A DNA stretch of 64,000 bases from Ophelia neglecta (GCA_965285935.1 OZ260663.1:19344001-19408000), one strand, 5' to 3'; positions 50,601 to 64,000 are shown, counted from the stretch's first letter. Numbers and translations are program-made. Notes: generated by a model not told the origin, from the sequence alone.

Positions 50601-53600
50601 GTCAATGACAACACTGATGTTACTGTGTGCTATTATTCTAGTGGACAAAAATTTTGTCAATATAATATTTAATTTCACCAAGAGTAGGCTAAGTCACATG
50701 GTTTTACACTACAGGAAAAATGAGTATGATTTTTGACCATGTCTTGCAGTTTAAATGCACAAGACTTGATTCATGACACTTTCAAATTACTTCAGGACAG
50801 TGTTCAGATGCTAGCACTGAATCGGTCAACTGCCTGGAGAATAGTGGGCTACGTTTGGAAACTTTGAAACCGAGAATAGGTGTAACAAGCGGTAGTGATG
50901 ATGAGTGTTACAATAATAATTATTTAGCCAAGGATAATCATTTTTAAGCTTACTGGGATAACTTGTTGTTACTAGCAGACGAGAAAACAGTTGAGAGCAA
51001 ACTGATCTTCCTGGCCGAGAATATTTACATCCGATCAGCAAAATCTTCTTCCGAGTAATTAATTTGCGTTTAAAAGCAAGCTTTTGACATTCAAACAACA
51101 GCTGCAACCATGATGGCGGACAATTTCCAACTGCAAGGATGATGCTCCATGCATAAAATAAAATCTGACTACTGTTATCTCCCAGAGTTTTTTGGGGTGA
51201 ATGAAAATTTAGCAAATTCCTATTTAACAAACAGTTAATTATCCTGAGTTGGAAAATTCCAAATTTACATGAATAATACTACTCACCCAGATTTATATGA
51301 ATACTACTACTCACCCAGATTTACATGAATAATACTACTCACCCATATCTGCCGAATCCTCCACTACTTTCCAGGTGGAGTTTCTCACTTTGCCAAACAA
51401 ACTTCGTACATGGGGGTTAAGGCCGTCCAGTAGTATGGCATGCACTGCCGGGCAGAGATGAGTTAATAACAGCTCCCCAATCTCTAAATGGTGAGCTGTG
51501 GATCCAAGGTATTCCTACAAAAGAAATAATTTTAAAATATGTATAACATACAATTATTATCAAACTTAACTTTGTGGTTTGTTTAGTAGATCTATATATG
51601 TACTATGGAGAGGGGGGGGGGGAGGGGGTAGCATAGGTATTTTTGTATTCCATAGAAATTATCCTTGTGAAGCATGAAATTGTGATTTTATTCCCTGTGT
51701 ATCATGAAACATTGATTGTCCGCAAAAAAAAAATGGAAAAAGGATTAATAATTTCTGACGATTTGATTTGCCACAAACTGAGCTCACATCATTCCAGCAA
51801 CTGTCCTTTTAGCTTTTCTTTTTATAACTAGTATACATAGGTAGTGGCTCTTAAACCTTGGTTTACCAATTGAGATAAAACAAGACAAACAAACCTTTTC
51901 TTCTGGGTCTCTGGTTTTACCAAAATACTGTAAGACGACCTCGGCTGCTCGCATCACATCTAACATCAAATCTGCCGGGGAAAAAAGTTATGTCAAAAAC
52001 ATATAAAATACTGTAATCTCAGCGGCTCATATCACATCTAACATCAAATCTGCCGGGGAAAAATAGCAATGTGAAAAACATGGAAAATACTGTAAGACTA
52101 CCGCAGAGGCTCGCATCACATCTCCCATCAAATCTGTGGGTACAAAAAAAACTAAATCAAAAACACCGAAAAGTCTGTCAATCATTGCTCAACTCCTCAA
52201 GTAGTATAATATATATCTAGTATCAAGGTCCTAGCTGGCTCTAGGAAATTTAATCTGAGTATAAAAATGGCTCATCAACAGCCACTTCCATTCTGAGGAT
52301 TTAAAATATACTACATTGAACCTGCCTTGAGACCACCTCTATATTCAGGCCACCTGTCAATTCAGGCCACCTATATGAAGACCATGTTGTACACTTTCAA
52401 TGTAAAATACCGTGTCTAAACCAACCATCTCCATAGTCAGACCACCATTTTCCATTTTCTTGGGTGGTCCCTATTCACAGGTTTCACTGTTGTTAAACCC
52501 TTATATTTCACGAGCCCTTTATTTGGCAAAAAATTAAAAGGTTCACCAAAGTTAGAGCCCAGTGAGAACCTATTGAGGAAGCCCTTAAACACTCAATTAA
52601 AGAGCAGCAAATTATTTGAGTGCCAAAACCGTGACATCAACGGCAGCAAAATAAAACGATTTTACGGTATAATGTGAACACAAATTTGGTAATGTTTCTA
52701 AGAAATTGACAGAAATGTTAATACTTTGACAGAAAAATAGGGAGTGGGTGCTAATACAAGCATGTATAAGGATCTTTACACCGAACAAGAAAATAGCAAA
52801 ATATGAAAAATTTGCTATTAAATTTAACGAGATGTATTAGGAGGGGCCATTTTACAGGATAAACAGTCTTTTTAGCTTATATTTGCATCCCCCAGAATAA
52901 ACAAAAAAGTGAACAAAAAGAATGCATGGTTTTATGTTATTTTCATAATGCAATAGATTTTTGCACCAGTGGAAATCTTCTAAAACTTTACATGATGTAA
53001 TGATATAAACAATAATTAAGTTGACATGAGACTTACCTTTCTTGTGTGCGAGATCCACCATGCTGTCGCTGTGAGGGAAGCTGGGAGCATCTGTACGAGT
53101 GGGGGAGACCAGGAAGTCTCTGGGGGCTGTCTCCGGTACCGAGTCTATCGCAAACAGGCCTAGATCTGAAAAACCAATGTAATCAACTTCAAAACACCAT
53201 CATAAAATCATCAAAGTTTAGCAGCACCATGCACCTTGGGATAATTAGTATGGTCACATAAGTAAATATGTTTTTGTGAACCAGAAGTTAGCAAATAACT
53301 TTATCAATACTGTGGGTGTAGAAGGGTCCACTGAAATTAGATAACCTCATTGTCTTGCTGGATAAAATATAAATGACCTTGCCAACGTCGGGCGTTACGA
53401 GGTGACCTTGATTTTAGACAATTTTTGAAAGCCCAACCTCGGAAATGAAAAAAACTTCTCACAGCTTAGAGTGCCTCGATTTTTAATGCTTGTACACCCA
53501 CAATACTATTTCAGAACTTTTTGATAGGGATTTTTGGGTACAGTTGACCTAAAGCTATGTGGTTGCAATGTCTATTGTAGAGGCTTTGTGTGCAAACACT

Positions 53601-56600
53601 GGTCCGAGGTAAAAACGTTAAAAAGAACTATTCAGGAATGAAGTCCTAGTAGTATATAAACAGCGTCTTACCCATGGGCAGGGATCTGGGACGAGGTTTA
53701 AGTAGCTCCCTGGAGAGTGGGTGTCTAGCAACCACGCTGTGCTGGTCACAGTATCCTAGGAACTGATTACGTTTCCTAGGGGACTGGTGTGGGCTGGCAT
53801 GGGGTGAGTGGAAGCGAACTTCCTCCGAGAAACTGACACTCTTCTTAGGTCCTCGGGGCTCGCCGTCTGCTGGAACAAGGAAAACATTATTAATGGTTCA
53901 CACAAGTGAAGCTACAATTTCCAGTGATGCCGCCCACTTCCTGATTTCACGTCGTCTCCTCGGATGAAATCACGAACCATAATCTGTCCCCGAGTCCCTT
54001 GAAGTGGACCCTCCTCTCCATGGGTTGGCTACTGGCCAAGGAGGACAAACTATGGAGAAAAGAGGCTCACTTCAAGGGACTCAGAGTCCCAAATATGATG
54101 CGTGGGTTCTTTTTATCTGGAAGATCACTTCAGTGAAAGTGGGCAGCATGCACTAAAGTCACTACTTTCAGGGAGTTTATATTTATAAGAATAATCTTAA
54201 TGAACACCACAATTTATTGTAAACAGTAACAAAAGTAGGGAGACCAAATATAAGCTTTACAAGGTTTATCTCTCTCCGTAATCTATATAATGCCTGGACT
54301 GACCATCAGCTGGCGCCTCTGGTGGGTCACGATTTTCCCCCGAGTCAGAAGAGGAGCTGTGAAGCACGGCGTGAGTAGTATGACAGGCACACGCAGGCAG
54401 TGGAATCTGCTCCGGAGAGGTGGGAACTGCGGCGGGCATTTCTACAATGGGAGTCTTGTCACCGTCGTCTGCTTCGGGATCGTCATGGCAACAGTGGGAC
54501 TGCTGGCAGCCACACTGTGATTGGGTTGGAATCTACAGGAAAAAAAGAACAAATAAATTTTAAGGAAAAATGTAGGTTTATTTTGTTGTATTCAGTCAAA
54601 GAGTTTTGGTTTTTGCCAAGTCTCTAACAGATGAAATCTAAGTTTAAATGATTTAGCTGACATTAGTCATTGATGTACTATAACATTTGCATATACAGTT
54701 CAGATGGAGATTCCAAAACCTTTCTCTAGCTTTCAAGGCTAGGGCAAAAACATACCCTTTGAAAGGGAAATCTGACATAAAATGTAGCTTGGTTAGGAAA
54801 ATCTGCCCAAAAATAGCTCTGTACAAGGTGTTTGAAACAAATCATTATCCGTACTGTCTTAGCTAAAATAACATGTATATTTACAAAAGAGGAACAGTGC
54901 TTCTACATGCATCATTATACTGAGAACAATGCTCTGAGACAACTTGTAGAGTGACTTGTCAGAAAAACAGACCCTTGGCTAGGAAAACATTAAATCCTAG
55001 ACCAAAAGAGAATTGGTAAACAATTGATAGCTTGATAGGGACCATTGCCTTCAAAAACGACTCGCTCTTGAGGCACACCAGTACCATGTCCCTGGGGAGT
55101 ATCTGTACGTACCGGAGGTGGATCCTGTTTGTCCTGGCCCCGCTCCTCTGCCTCCTGGCAGACGACAGCCATCTGGAGCTCTCCGGTGCTGTGTCTCCAC
55201 GTACACTGACCCTCGTGGGTCACCAGCTGGTACTTGATCTCCCCGTTCTGACTATACTTGAGAACCATACCGTCGTAGGGATCTGACCAGGAGCGATGCT
55301 TCAGGGCGTTCGGCTTACGATCGCCTCGGCGTCTTTTGACTAGACAGGACTTTAACGGTTTTTTCTGAGGGTCTGAGTTGTCGGAGTCCACAGGTTTGGC
55401 TTGTTCTCCGGGTACTACTGGGCGACTGCGTGGTGGTTTTGGCGGGGGTCGCCGAGGTTCTGTGCCTGTCACAGTACTACTTGGGTCACGTGACTGAGGC
55501 CGGCGGGTTGGCGAAACAAGTAAATATTCTACTGTGCGACAAGGTTCTTTATCATATGGCTCCATCAGTCGAGCATAGGTGGGGTGCGATTTGGTCATTG
55601 GCTTTGTATTTTCATCATCTAACTGTTCTCGGCATTTCTGACACAGTGTTGCCCCCTTGTGGTGGCTAATGCCGAGTCCGCTGTCCTTTCGAGAGATTCC
55701 TCCTCGAGTTTCACAGTCCTCATTGTCTCCCCAGTACTCTCGTTCCTGTGCTGCCACTCGGTGGCCACCATCAGAACTAGAGTCTGACACTGTCTCTTCT
55801 GGGGCGTAGCTGTAGAGTTTTGGGTTAGAGGTCGGGGCAGGTGGTAGATCCCTAGGAGGTTCTCTCTCCGCTGGTTTAAGTACCCGATGACCTTGCCCTT
55901 CATAAGACCCTGGATCAATGCCAGAACTACTACTGCTGCAGAAGCTGTTATTGGTGGAAGCTGAATCTGTGCTCCTGGACCTGCGTGACGAGGACAGTCC
56001 CGGTGAGGATTCCCGAGACTCTGAGGATTCAGCCCGGCGTATACGGCTCCTGGGTTTGTCTGGTAGCTTGGGTTTATCCTGGGCCGATTGGCAGCCTCGT
56101 AACATGGGGATCTGGCTGCCCTTGGCCAATAATCGGGGCTTGGCAGCCACTAAGGGTTTGGCTGGACTTGATGGTTTACTTAATGCAGGTTTTGGTGGCA
56201 CAGGTGGCGCTGATGGCTTGGAGGCCACTTGTGGTTTGGCTGGGACTTGGGGTTTTCTGGTGGTGGCAGTAGACCTACTGGGAATACCTGACATTTTACC
56301 AGGCAGTCGAGAAGGCTTACGGGGTATCTGAGAGGACTTGGAGCCACTCTGACTTTGAACTGGACCTTGTCCTTGACTTAGACCTTGTGCTTGACCTGAA
56401 GCGAGGGTTGTGGCTGGGACAGACATAGGCTTCTCAGCCGATGTGGCTAACTCAGGAGGTAGGCTCCCTGCCCTTACATTTCTTAAATCACCGACTCCAG
56501 TGGTCGTGCCCCCTTCTTGGCCTTTGACCTCACAATGACCTTTAACCTCTTCACTGGAGCTCATAGAAACACCCAGCTTCCCATGATCCTCTATTATTTT

Positions 56601-59600
56601 GACCCTTTGCATCTGATGCAAGACTTGCTGGTGGTGTTTTAGCAGCTTCAGCTGTTCTTTTGTGAATGGTGGGATCTTAGTCTTTTTCACTTTGCCGTCT
56701 GCTGCCTTCGCCGCCTTTGGTTTAGCCTTGTCTGGGATTAAGTCTGGGATGTGAGTGCTGTTCCTGGGACTTCCTGTAGGGATGTGAAGACTCTCCTTGG
56801 GACTCGGCGTGGAGACCACGCTTTGGGACATGGCTCTGTTTAGGAAGCTAAGATCAGGCAAGGCCTTGGATACGAAGAAAGCGCTGCGAGACATGCGCTC
56901 CTTGGCCCTGGCTGATAGCTGTACTACTAGCTCGGGGCTGTCTCTGCCCGGCTCCATGCAGCCTTGAGGTCGAGGCTGGGAGTGGGAGCGTTTTACCACC
57001 CTGACGGCAGGAATAGGGGAAATCTCTCCCATACTGAATGACGTCTGTAATGACTGTGTGGTCGTCGGCCGAGAAGAATTCTCTAAAATGGAGGTCTGAA
57101 TACCTTTCTCCTTTACGAGTGGGGGACACTGAATGCTCGGGTCTTGTTGTAATTGTTTATAAATAGACATTTGTGTGCCTGCCTCATTAAAGGAGACATA
57201 TATAGGGCTAGTGGCACACTCTACCAGGGTTTTAGCTGGTACGGTTTTCCAGCTCACCAGTTTAGCAGGAGGGTCCAGGCCATTCAGGGAATCTGTTGTA
57301 CAAACGTCTGCACCCAGCGGTGGGGTTGTATAGGAGCGATCACTATTTGTCTGTGGGGCAGTCGCAAAGGAGCCATCACTAGGGGGCGGGCTGACACTCC
57401 AAGTCCCCGTGAGCTGGTGTAGGGAGCCCGGGGATATCATGGCCTCGCGACCAGCCTCGGTGCTGACCGACGGAGGGGTGTACGGGTCCTCCTCTCTGCT
57501 ACGGCTACGATGAAACAGGTCAAGCAGAGTCCTGGTCGCATGTTGGGTGATCTGCTCTGCTCCACAGTCGGTAACCACACTGCGACTGTCTACCACTTCG
57601 GGAGAAGTGGGTTGTAGATTTGGCAAACTCGTACTACGGGGACCATGGATTTCCACCGGGGTTGACGGTGGCGTGCGCGCTTCTTGTAACCTTTTCCACG
57701 TAGTCATACCAGATCCTGGACTACTTTTTGAAAAATCCGGACTACTTTTATCGACCACTTGCTGCCATGTGGTCATCATTGTTGTGGTTGTGCCACCACT
57801 GGAACTACTTTTTCTAGAGTTGCACAAACCAGAGTTATAAACATCTACAGACTTGTTGCCAGATCCAGCTCCTTGATGCGAACCCCAAGATGTCTGGCTC
57901 GTGGAGACACTTTTCTGTGCCCAGCTTGTCATGCTTGATCGCCCATCAGAAGGGGTAGGGGTGCGTCCCTGTGACAGTTCATCTGACTGTTTACTCGGAC
58001 TCCTGTCGAAGGAGAGCATGTACTGGTTTTTGTTGGCACTCCAGTCATAGTTGTAGCGGGGAGCATCTCTCAGGGAGAAGCTTCCGGAGAGCTCCCCTTG
58101 ACCGGCGCTGTCCGATAAACCACCGTCTAACTCTACAGAGCCAGGGGGCGGCGAGAACAAAGGCTCGCTCTTAAAGTCGGAAAGTTCTGACGAGCTGACT
58201 ATGTCGCGTTCTCCGCTAGTGTCCATCTCTTTGTCACTGTCTGAGATTTCCCCTTCTGGTTGGTAGAGGGCGCCATCAGACTTGGAGCATGTCATTTTGG
58301 GTCCATGCCATTTGATATTGTCGTCGTCACAGTTTTTGCTGAGATGCAGAATGGCATTAAGATCGACCGAGTCCAGCATCTGTATTTCTGCATCGGTGAG
58401 ATTGGCATCAAACGGCACGGAAAACTCGTCATCGTAGAAGAAATCATTGTTCAAGGTGTCTTCTGGGGAGTACAACAGTCCTGAAAATATAAGGCAAGCT
58501 ATATAGAAACTTACCAATGTGTAATTCATAAACATGTACATACAGGGAAACATATGACATAATTTGTTATAAATATATATACATACCATGCACAGGGAAC
58601 AAGGTACAATATATACAGTGAAACCTGCTTTAAAGACCACCTCTATATTAAGAACACCTCTATATTCAGACCACTTATGTGAGGACCATACTCTACTCTT
58701 TCAATGTAAAATATCCTGTCCAAACAGACAATATCTATGATAAGACCAGTATTTTCCAGTCACTTGGGTGGTCTCAATTCATACGTTTCACTGTACATGT
58801 ATACATGTACATATGACATATGCTAGTAGCTCTAATGTATATATACTATATACAGGATGAGACAATTCATATTACAGCAGTTAATGCAGAGCCATATTAT
58901 ATTCAGCCCACCACTTTCAGATTTACTTCACCACAGTATGTGAGTGAACACTATACGAGGTAATAACGAAAGTAACTGGTAAATGATTGAAACCAATTAC
59001 GTGTACGGGTAATTTTCAGTCACCTGACTTGGTTATTGCTGGGTTATTGCTTAAAATGTGTTTGGGCCTACTGTAAGTAATTGTGCTGTACACCACTGAG
59101 CTCCTGCTCTCAAACTGTGCTGATCATTTATTACTTTAACAGCTGAACAGAATTTACATATTTAGCCTAATTTTAGAGTCAAAAGAGAAAATGGGTATTC
59201 AACAACTGAAGACAAAATTCAACAAAACGATTAATTCCTAACATCTTTCCTCGAGGATTGGCCTGGTAAAACATAAAAGTTTTTTTCTTACACTGACTTT
59301 TAGCTGACAATGTCACCTGGTCAAGGTCAAAGTCTGTCTGTTTTATAATATGTACGCGTGCCTGTACTGTGTTTTAGTCCACACTCAGAATTGCTCCCTG
59401 ACATAATATTTTGCTGCTTGAGCACCATAGCTACGTCAATGTCATTGACGGCTAAGTAGTAATTACTGAACTGGTTTTGGTCTAACAATTTTTAATACAT
59501 GTACAGTGAAACCTGTCTAATCAGGTCAGTCAAGGGACTGGAAAAAACTGACCATGTTATGCATGTGACCTTAATAGGCAGGGCAGTTAACAAGGGGGTT

Positions 59601-60850
59601 AAGGGGGATCGGGCTATTATTTAGTGACCTTAGTGGGCAGGTTACCTTATTACACAGGTGACCATAAACACAGGTTTCATTGTATTATGCCTTTTTTTAT
59701 CCTGAGCATACCCACAAACCCACACCTTATCCCAGACATACCTGTAAAAGGCAAGTGGTAATATTTATACAGAAAACAGATACATCTGGGCATTTGGTAT
59801 TAATATGGATGAAATGGTAAATATCTTTCTTACATTTTCATTATGAAAGAACACATATAGGTTATCCTAATGGCCTACAGAAGGGGATTTAACCCTTTCA
59901 ACTCTGGATATCTGTATTTAATGGGATATCTACCCTCTGTTGAAAGCTGTAGTGTTGAAAGAGTTAAATTGAGACAAAACCAAACACTTAATTGAGTCAT
60001 ATCTTGCAGAAAATATGCTTTAAAAAATACTGCCTATGGAATCAATACATTGAAATATTACAACCTGAGGCTTGGTACTTACTGATTCATACCTTTCATA
60101 AGAATATGTATATTTAAATTTAGCGTCTGCTTAAATGATATCAATTAACCAATAACAATGTGTGTTACAAACCTGGTATGGCCGCCTGGCCAGTTGCTGC
60201 TGTGGGTGGGTCTGACATATTTGAGGATCTACTTGAGGATCTGATTGGTGAACTGATTATTGGAGATTTGGTAGGAGACATCTCATTGGCTGAGTTCTGA
60301 AAGAGATAAACATATATTAAAAAGCTGACTTTTCAAGGAAAAGAGTGTAGTTATTTTTTTTTTTTTATTAGAGATATGAGAGTATACCAGTAATAGAGCT
60401 GGGAGCCTGGGGGCAGGGTACTAACATTGGTGGGTATGCTCCACCTAAGGGCCAGATATGGGACCCAAAACGAGCTGAACCCGTAGGCAAAAACCCGACC
60501 CATATAGAGCTGAAAATACCGGTAAAAAGGAGCTGTTTTCTGAAACTAAGATTAAAAAAATGTTGCTCCGAAACAAAGGTCAAAAAGGGCAGAACTAGCT
60601 TCCAAACGGGGGTCATAACCGGGGAGCATACCCCCCTGTGGGTGGGAGGGGTGGGGAGATGTAGGGGGGATGGGAAGGAGGAAGGGAGGGAGGAGGCTCT
60701 TGCTCTCCTTACCAAGTAAATTAAAAACTTTAAAAAAAATACTCAATGGCATTCAGATAATAGAATGCTGTTAAATTATGATATAAACTTGCTCACATCA
60801 AGCACATATAACTTCCTCTTCCGGAAAAAGTGGTTCAGAAGATTCCTCAT
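47676..60850 (-). CDS. RUSC2: RUN and SH3 domain-containing protein (RUSC1/RUSC2-iporin homolog), about 2026 aa
   Basis: Exons 60850-60797 (tentative first), 60296-60173, 58480-55113 (donor tentative), 54532-54304, 53869-53672, 53165-53037, 51971-51895, 51514-51343, 50394-50289, 49853-48426, 47871-47676 join in phase. RUN domain (YFGKTRDPEEK..LCPAVHAILLDGL..WKVVEDS..NAFIFGLLNHKALDFWL..LQPLAQIQFRL) and terminal SH3 (TLCHYVGTEDNQLSFEKGSVL..DQDWLVCRHGNEKGLVH). Confidence 0.85.
51263..51345 (-). repeat. 28-bp tandem repeat x3 spanning a RUSC splice donor
   Basis: ATTTACATGAATAATACTACTCACCCAG at 51263, 51291, 51319 (minus strand GG|GTGAGTAG). Confidence 0.92.
51922..52170 (-). repeat. About 80-bp tandem repeat x3 spanning a RUSC splice acceptor
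   Basis: AAAATACTGTAA...CATCACATCTAACATCAAATCTG copies starting near 51922, 52006, 52084. Confidence 0.88.
52314..52489. mobile_element. CAGT-ended MITE (pogo-type), decayed
   Basis: CATTGAACCTG...CAGGTTTCACTG; internal similarity to 58616-58793. Confidence 0.7.
58616..58793. mobile_element. CAGT-ended MITE (pogo-type)
   Basis: TA-CAGTGAAACCTG...GTTTCACTG-TA. Confidence 0.8.
59504..59682. mobile_element. CAGT-ended MITE (pogo-type)
   Basis: TA-CAGTGAAACCTGT...ACAGGTTTCATTG-TA. Confidence 0.78.
59893..59963. mobile_element. Very short piggyBac-like MITE; inverted relative at about 6765-6848
   Basis: TTAA-CCCTTTCAAC...GTTGAAAGAG-TTAA. Confidence 0.6.
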
Positions 60851-63800
60851 GATTGATTCGATGTATTGACGTAATCTCTACTCAAAATGAATGAAATATC
60901 ACAATGTATAATCCAACACTGTTCACAGGACCATTAAATCAGCTCATATATAGCTTTATGTCATTATTCAAATTGAAAAGTAGGTTCATCCTTAGTGAAA
61001 GAAATCTCCCATCTAGTCCAGAGTGATCACCATTCCTATGAGATGACTGCAAGGCAGGAATATTTTAAAACTACGTATATTCTGTGGGCTGAACTCACTA
61101 TTCGTCAAACTACGATGTAAACTTTGGTTAAAAACACAATGGTGTACTGTGTTTTTTCAAAATCAACCCTTGTGTTAATCTACCGCTGTGGTGGCAAGTT
61201 ATTGTTGTCGGTCCTCAATACATCTATATCTGAATTGGGTGTGAAATCAAACAGGAAATATCTGACAGCAGCACTGTACAGATCTGGTAGGATGTGTCAT
61301 ACAGGAAGAGTCATATTTACAGGCAATATATGATATACCAAGTTCTATATATATATATATATGTACACATAGAGTATGCTAGTGGCTTTGATGTAGGCAC
61401 TGTATGATGGGTACGACTGTTCAAGTTACATCAATCATGTGTATTTTGGACAATTTGGCCAGACGTGATGGTCCTGGCCGAGTATTATGGGTATTATCCG
61501 ATTTAGCCTGGCTGTGTTATGTGCTTGTAGCCAATCCTGATGTTTATATTGGCTGTCTTGGTTATACACACAGCTCCCTTGTCCATACTAACAAACCTGG
61601 TATAAGAGACAGAGCCATCCATGTGTCTGTTTCTCCCCAATCCTATTTATATCCAAATCTTAACAGCCATTCAATAAATACAAGATGTGGCAAAAAGACA
61701 CAGAATTAATCCAATGGTGTCGTAAAAATAATAATTTCTTCTCGGTTGTGGCAAATGTTTATTAACCGAATCAAATATATCTTGTATTATTAAATCAAGA
61801 CAACTTCCTACACCAGACTGAGTAGTAAATCTTGATCAAAACATCCTAGAAGGAATCGACACACTATTAATGCCTTATTTTCCTGACATTTGAAGCACAT
61901 AAATGAGAATATATATATATCAATAATATCATCTATAGTGTATTGTTCAACTCCTTTGATCAATCAATACTTGATGTGTTGTTTAAATCATAATCCAATG
62001 GATATATTGTTCCAGAGATATTGATATCCTCCTCTTATGGATAGCCAGCACTTTTTCAAGTGTAAGATGCTTCAAACAGCAGTCCATTATAACATTCAAT
62101 AGCTGTACTCCATAATAATATCCAGTATTGTACAAACATTGAAACAATCACAACACACTATGAGCCGAATCGTCAAAATGTAAACTTTACCAGCTAAATC
62201 AGCTGGGTGTTATATATTGTCAGAAATTAAGTTTTGGTTTAAAATGAGAGCCTGCCTGGTTGATAGGACTGAAGCAGACTCGGATGTGACTCAGTGCCAA
62301 TCTTGTGATAGCTCTGAAATGTGGTGCAGTGTGCTGTTAGCTACAGTGTGCACCTTAACCTATGGTGTGCTCAGTGGCTGAATTATATAGGCCCTAACAC
62401 ATGTAGACAGAGTGTGGGTGGGCATTCATTGGTAAAACAATAAACAGCATTGTATAGCTCAATATGATAGAAAGGTGTTGTCATAAACCAGGACGCTGCC
62501 ATGGCCCCAAATACAAAAAGAATGATAAATAATGCCACAATTCCTTGAATGTTGGTTGTGGTTTACACTTTGTTAAAGCACTAATTGTCATTATTAGTGC
62601 AACAGAGAATGACAATGTAAATATCATTTGTTCCCGGAGCTGCTGTGAATATATACAATTTCTTGCCAATTTGAACTTTTAAAATATGCCATAAGAATTA
62701 TTTGTTCCCAGAGTAACTTATAAATATATATAGTATAATTGTTACATGTAAAAACAGCATTTCAATTTTCAGTTTAATTTCTTAACATTTACCAGTTAGT
62801 TTCAAAGAGTTAAATTATGGTTCATGGATCTTTTAAACTGATAATATATACAGTGAAAGCGGGCATCACCACCGAGAATGGTTCTACTTCCACCATGTGA
62901 TCTGCGGTGGCAGTCAGTGGCAGTGTGCCTGCGGGGATCTGGTGTGTTCTACAACCCACCATAAGGTTAAAGCTACGTGTACAAGCAGCTGTCTGAGCTG
63001 ATAATTGACGGTGTGGCCAACAATCCTGCATTCATACCCAAACAAAAAGTTAAAGCAACACAACAGGTTACCATGGTTACTGCAGTAAAACCCTTCAACT
63101 TTATAGCAGGTCTTTTTTATCAGCCTACAGACTGGCGATATTTTGTTTATGTTGACAAACAAGTTATTTATCCACATGCAGGAAGTGTTCTTGCATAAAT
63201 ATCATGACATTAATATGTAATTGCCATATTGTATATTGAAAGGCCGATGAACAATTGTACTATGAGTAACTGTGACAAAAAACATGTATATATACACAGT
63301 GTGTGTCTAAAAGACATTACTGTGTTCTATGTAATAAGCACCCAAGGTGCTGAAATATTTATGTGGTATTTCAAAGCATAAAATCCCAAAAACCTATTGA
63401 AAAAAATGTCAAAATGGAAATATTTTGACAGAAAAAAGAAGGGTGGGTGCTTATTTATGCATGGGCACTTATGAGAAAGAAGACAGTAATAAAATGAGTT
63501 TGATATTATCATAATAGCTTTACTCCCAGGAATTTCATTCATTTGTTGTTTTCTTTGGTAGCAGTCAGGTGATGTACATTCCTAAGTCTAATGACACTTG
63601 TGTACATTCCACTGTCACATACTGGTACATGTGTATATGTGACAAATAACACTCTGACATCTCACACCACAGTCCAGACTTCATACATAATGTGGCATCT
63701 TGACTTTATTTTACCAAAGCAGAAAGAAAGCTTGACATAAAGACAGCTGATATCGGTTTCATGGCTGTCACCGTGTCATCTTGGTTAGAAGATAACAGAA

Positions 63801-64000
63801 AACCCATAACTGAGTGAGAATTAACAATGGTAGATCTATTGGACCAAAAAAAAACAACCAGATGGTATGGTGTACAGATGTTTGACAACTATCTAAAGAG
63901 CAGGGAATCATGGAAGGAATGCCCATGACTTGTATATATATATATTTACTATCTTAGGACCAGAGAGTAGTCTGGGATTCAATGTCCATGTTATAACTAA

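Noticed and set aside
58481-58640. N-terminal 53 aa of the 1216-aa ORF as the RUSC start
   Set aside because: It lies in intron and MITE sequence upstream of a clear acceptor at 58481-58482; the exon begins at 58480.

Overview
AT-rich, intron-containing invertebrate DNA, probably lophotrochozoan (inferred from a MetaSINE-like element and the MITE repertoire). Manual splicing gives five host genes: the 3' part of CC2D1/lgd (+, 314-14602, 17 exons, two GC-AG introns), COX7C (-), NAXE (+, head-to-head with COX7C, two in-frame ATGs), ACOT13 (+) and a RUSC-like RUN+SH3 gene (-, about 2026 aa). ACOT13 intron 1 holds an apparently complete 11.8-kb EnSpm/CACTA (CMC) DNA transposon (27905-39722) in antisense orientation. 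It has CCCAGATAGCA TIRs, a 2-bp AC TSD, subterminal repeat arrays, an intact 684-aa transposase and a spliced accessory gene that the ORF track only shows in fragments. That gene is DUF4806-like and has a tandemly duplicated exon plus a 12-nt microexon. Four short tandem duplications straddle host splice sites and create decoy sites. Many MITEs, a pogo/Tigger deletion derivative and minisatellites fill the introns. All gene models are hand-built from splice signals, reading phase and remembered homology; no database search was run.
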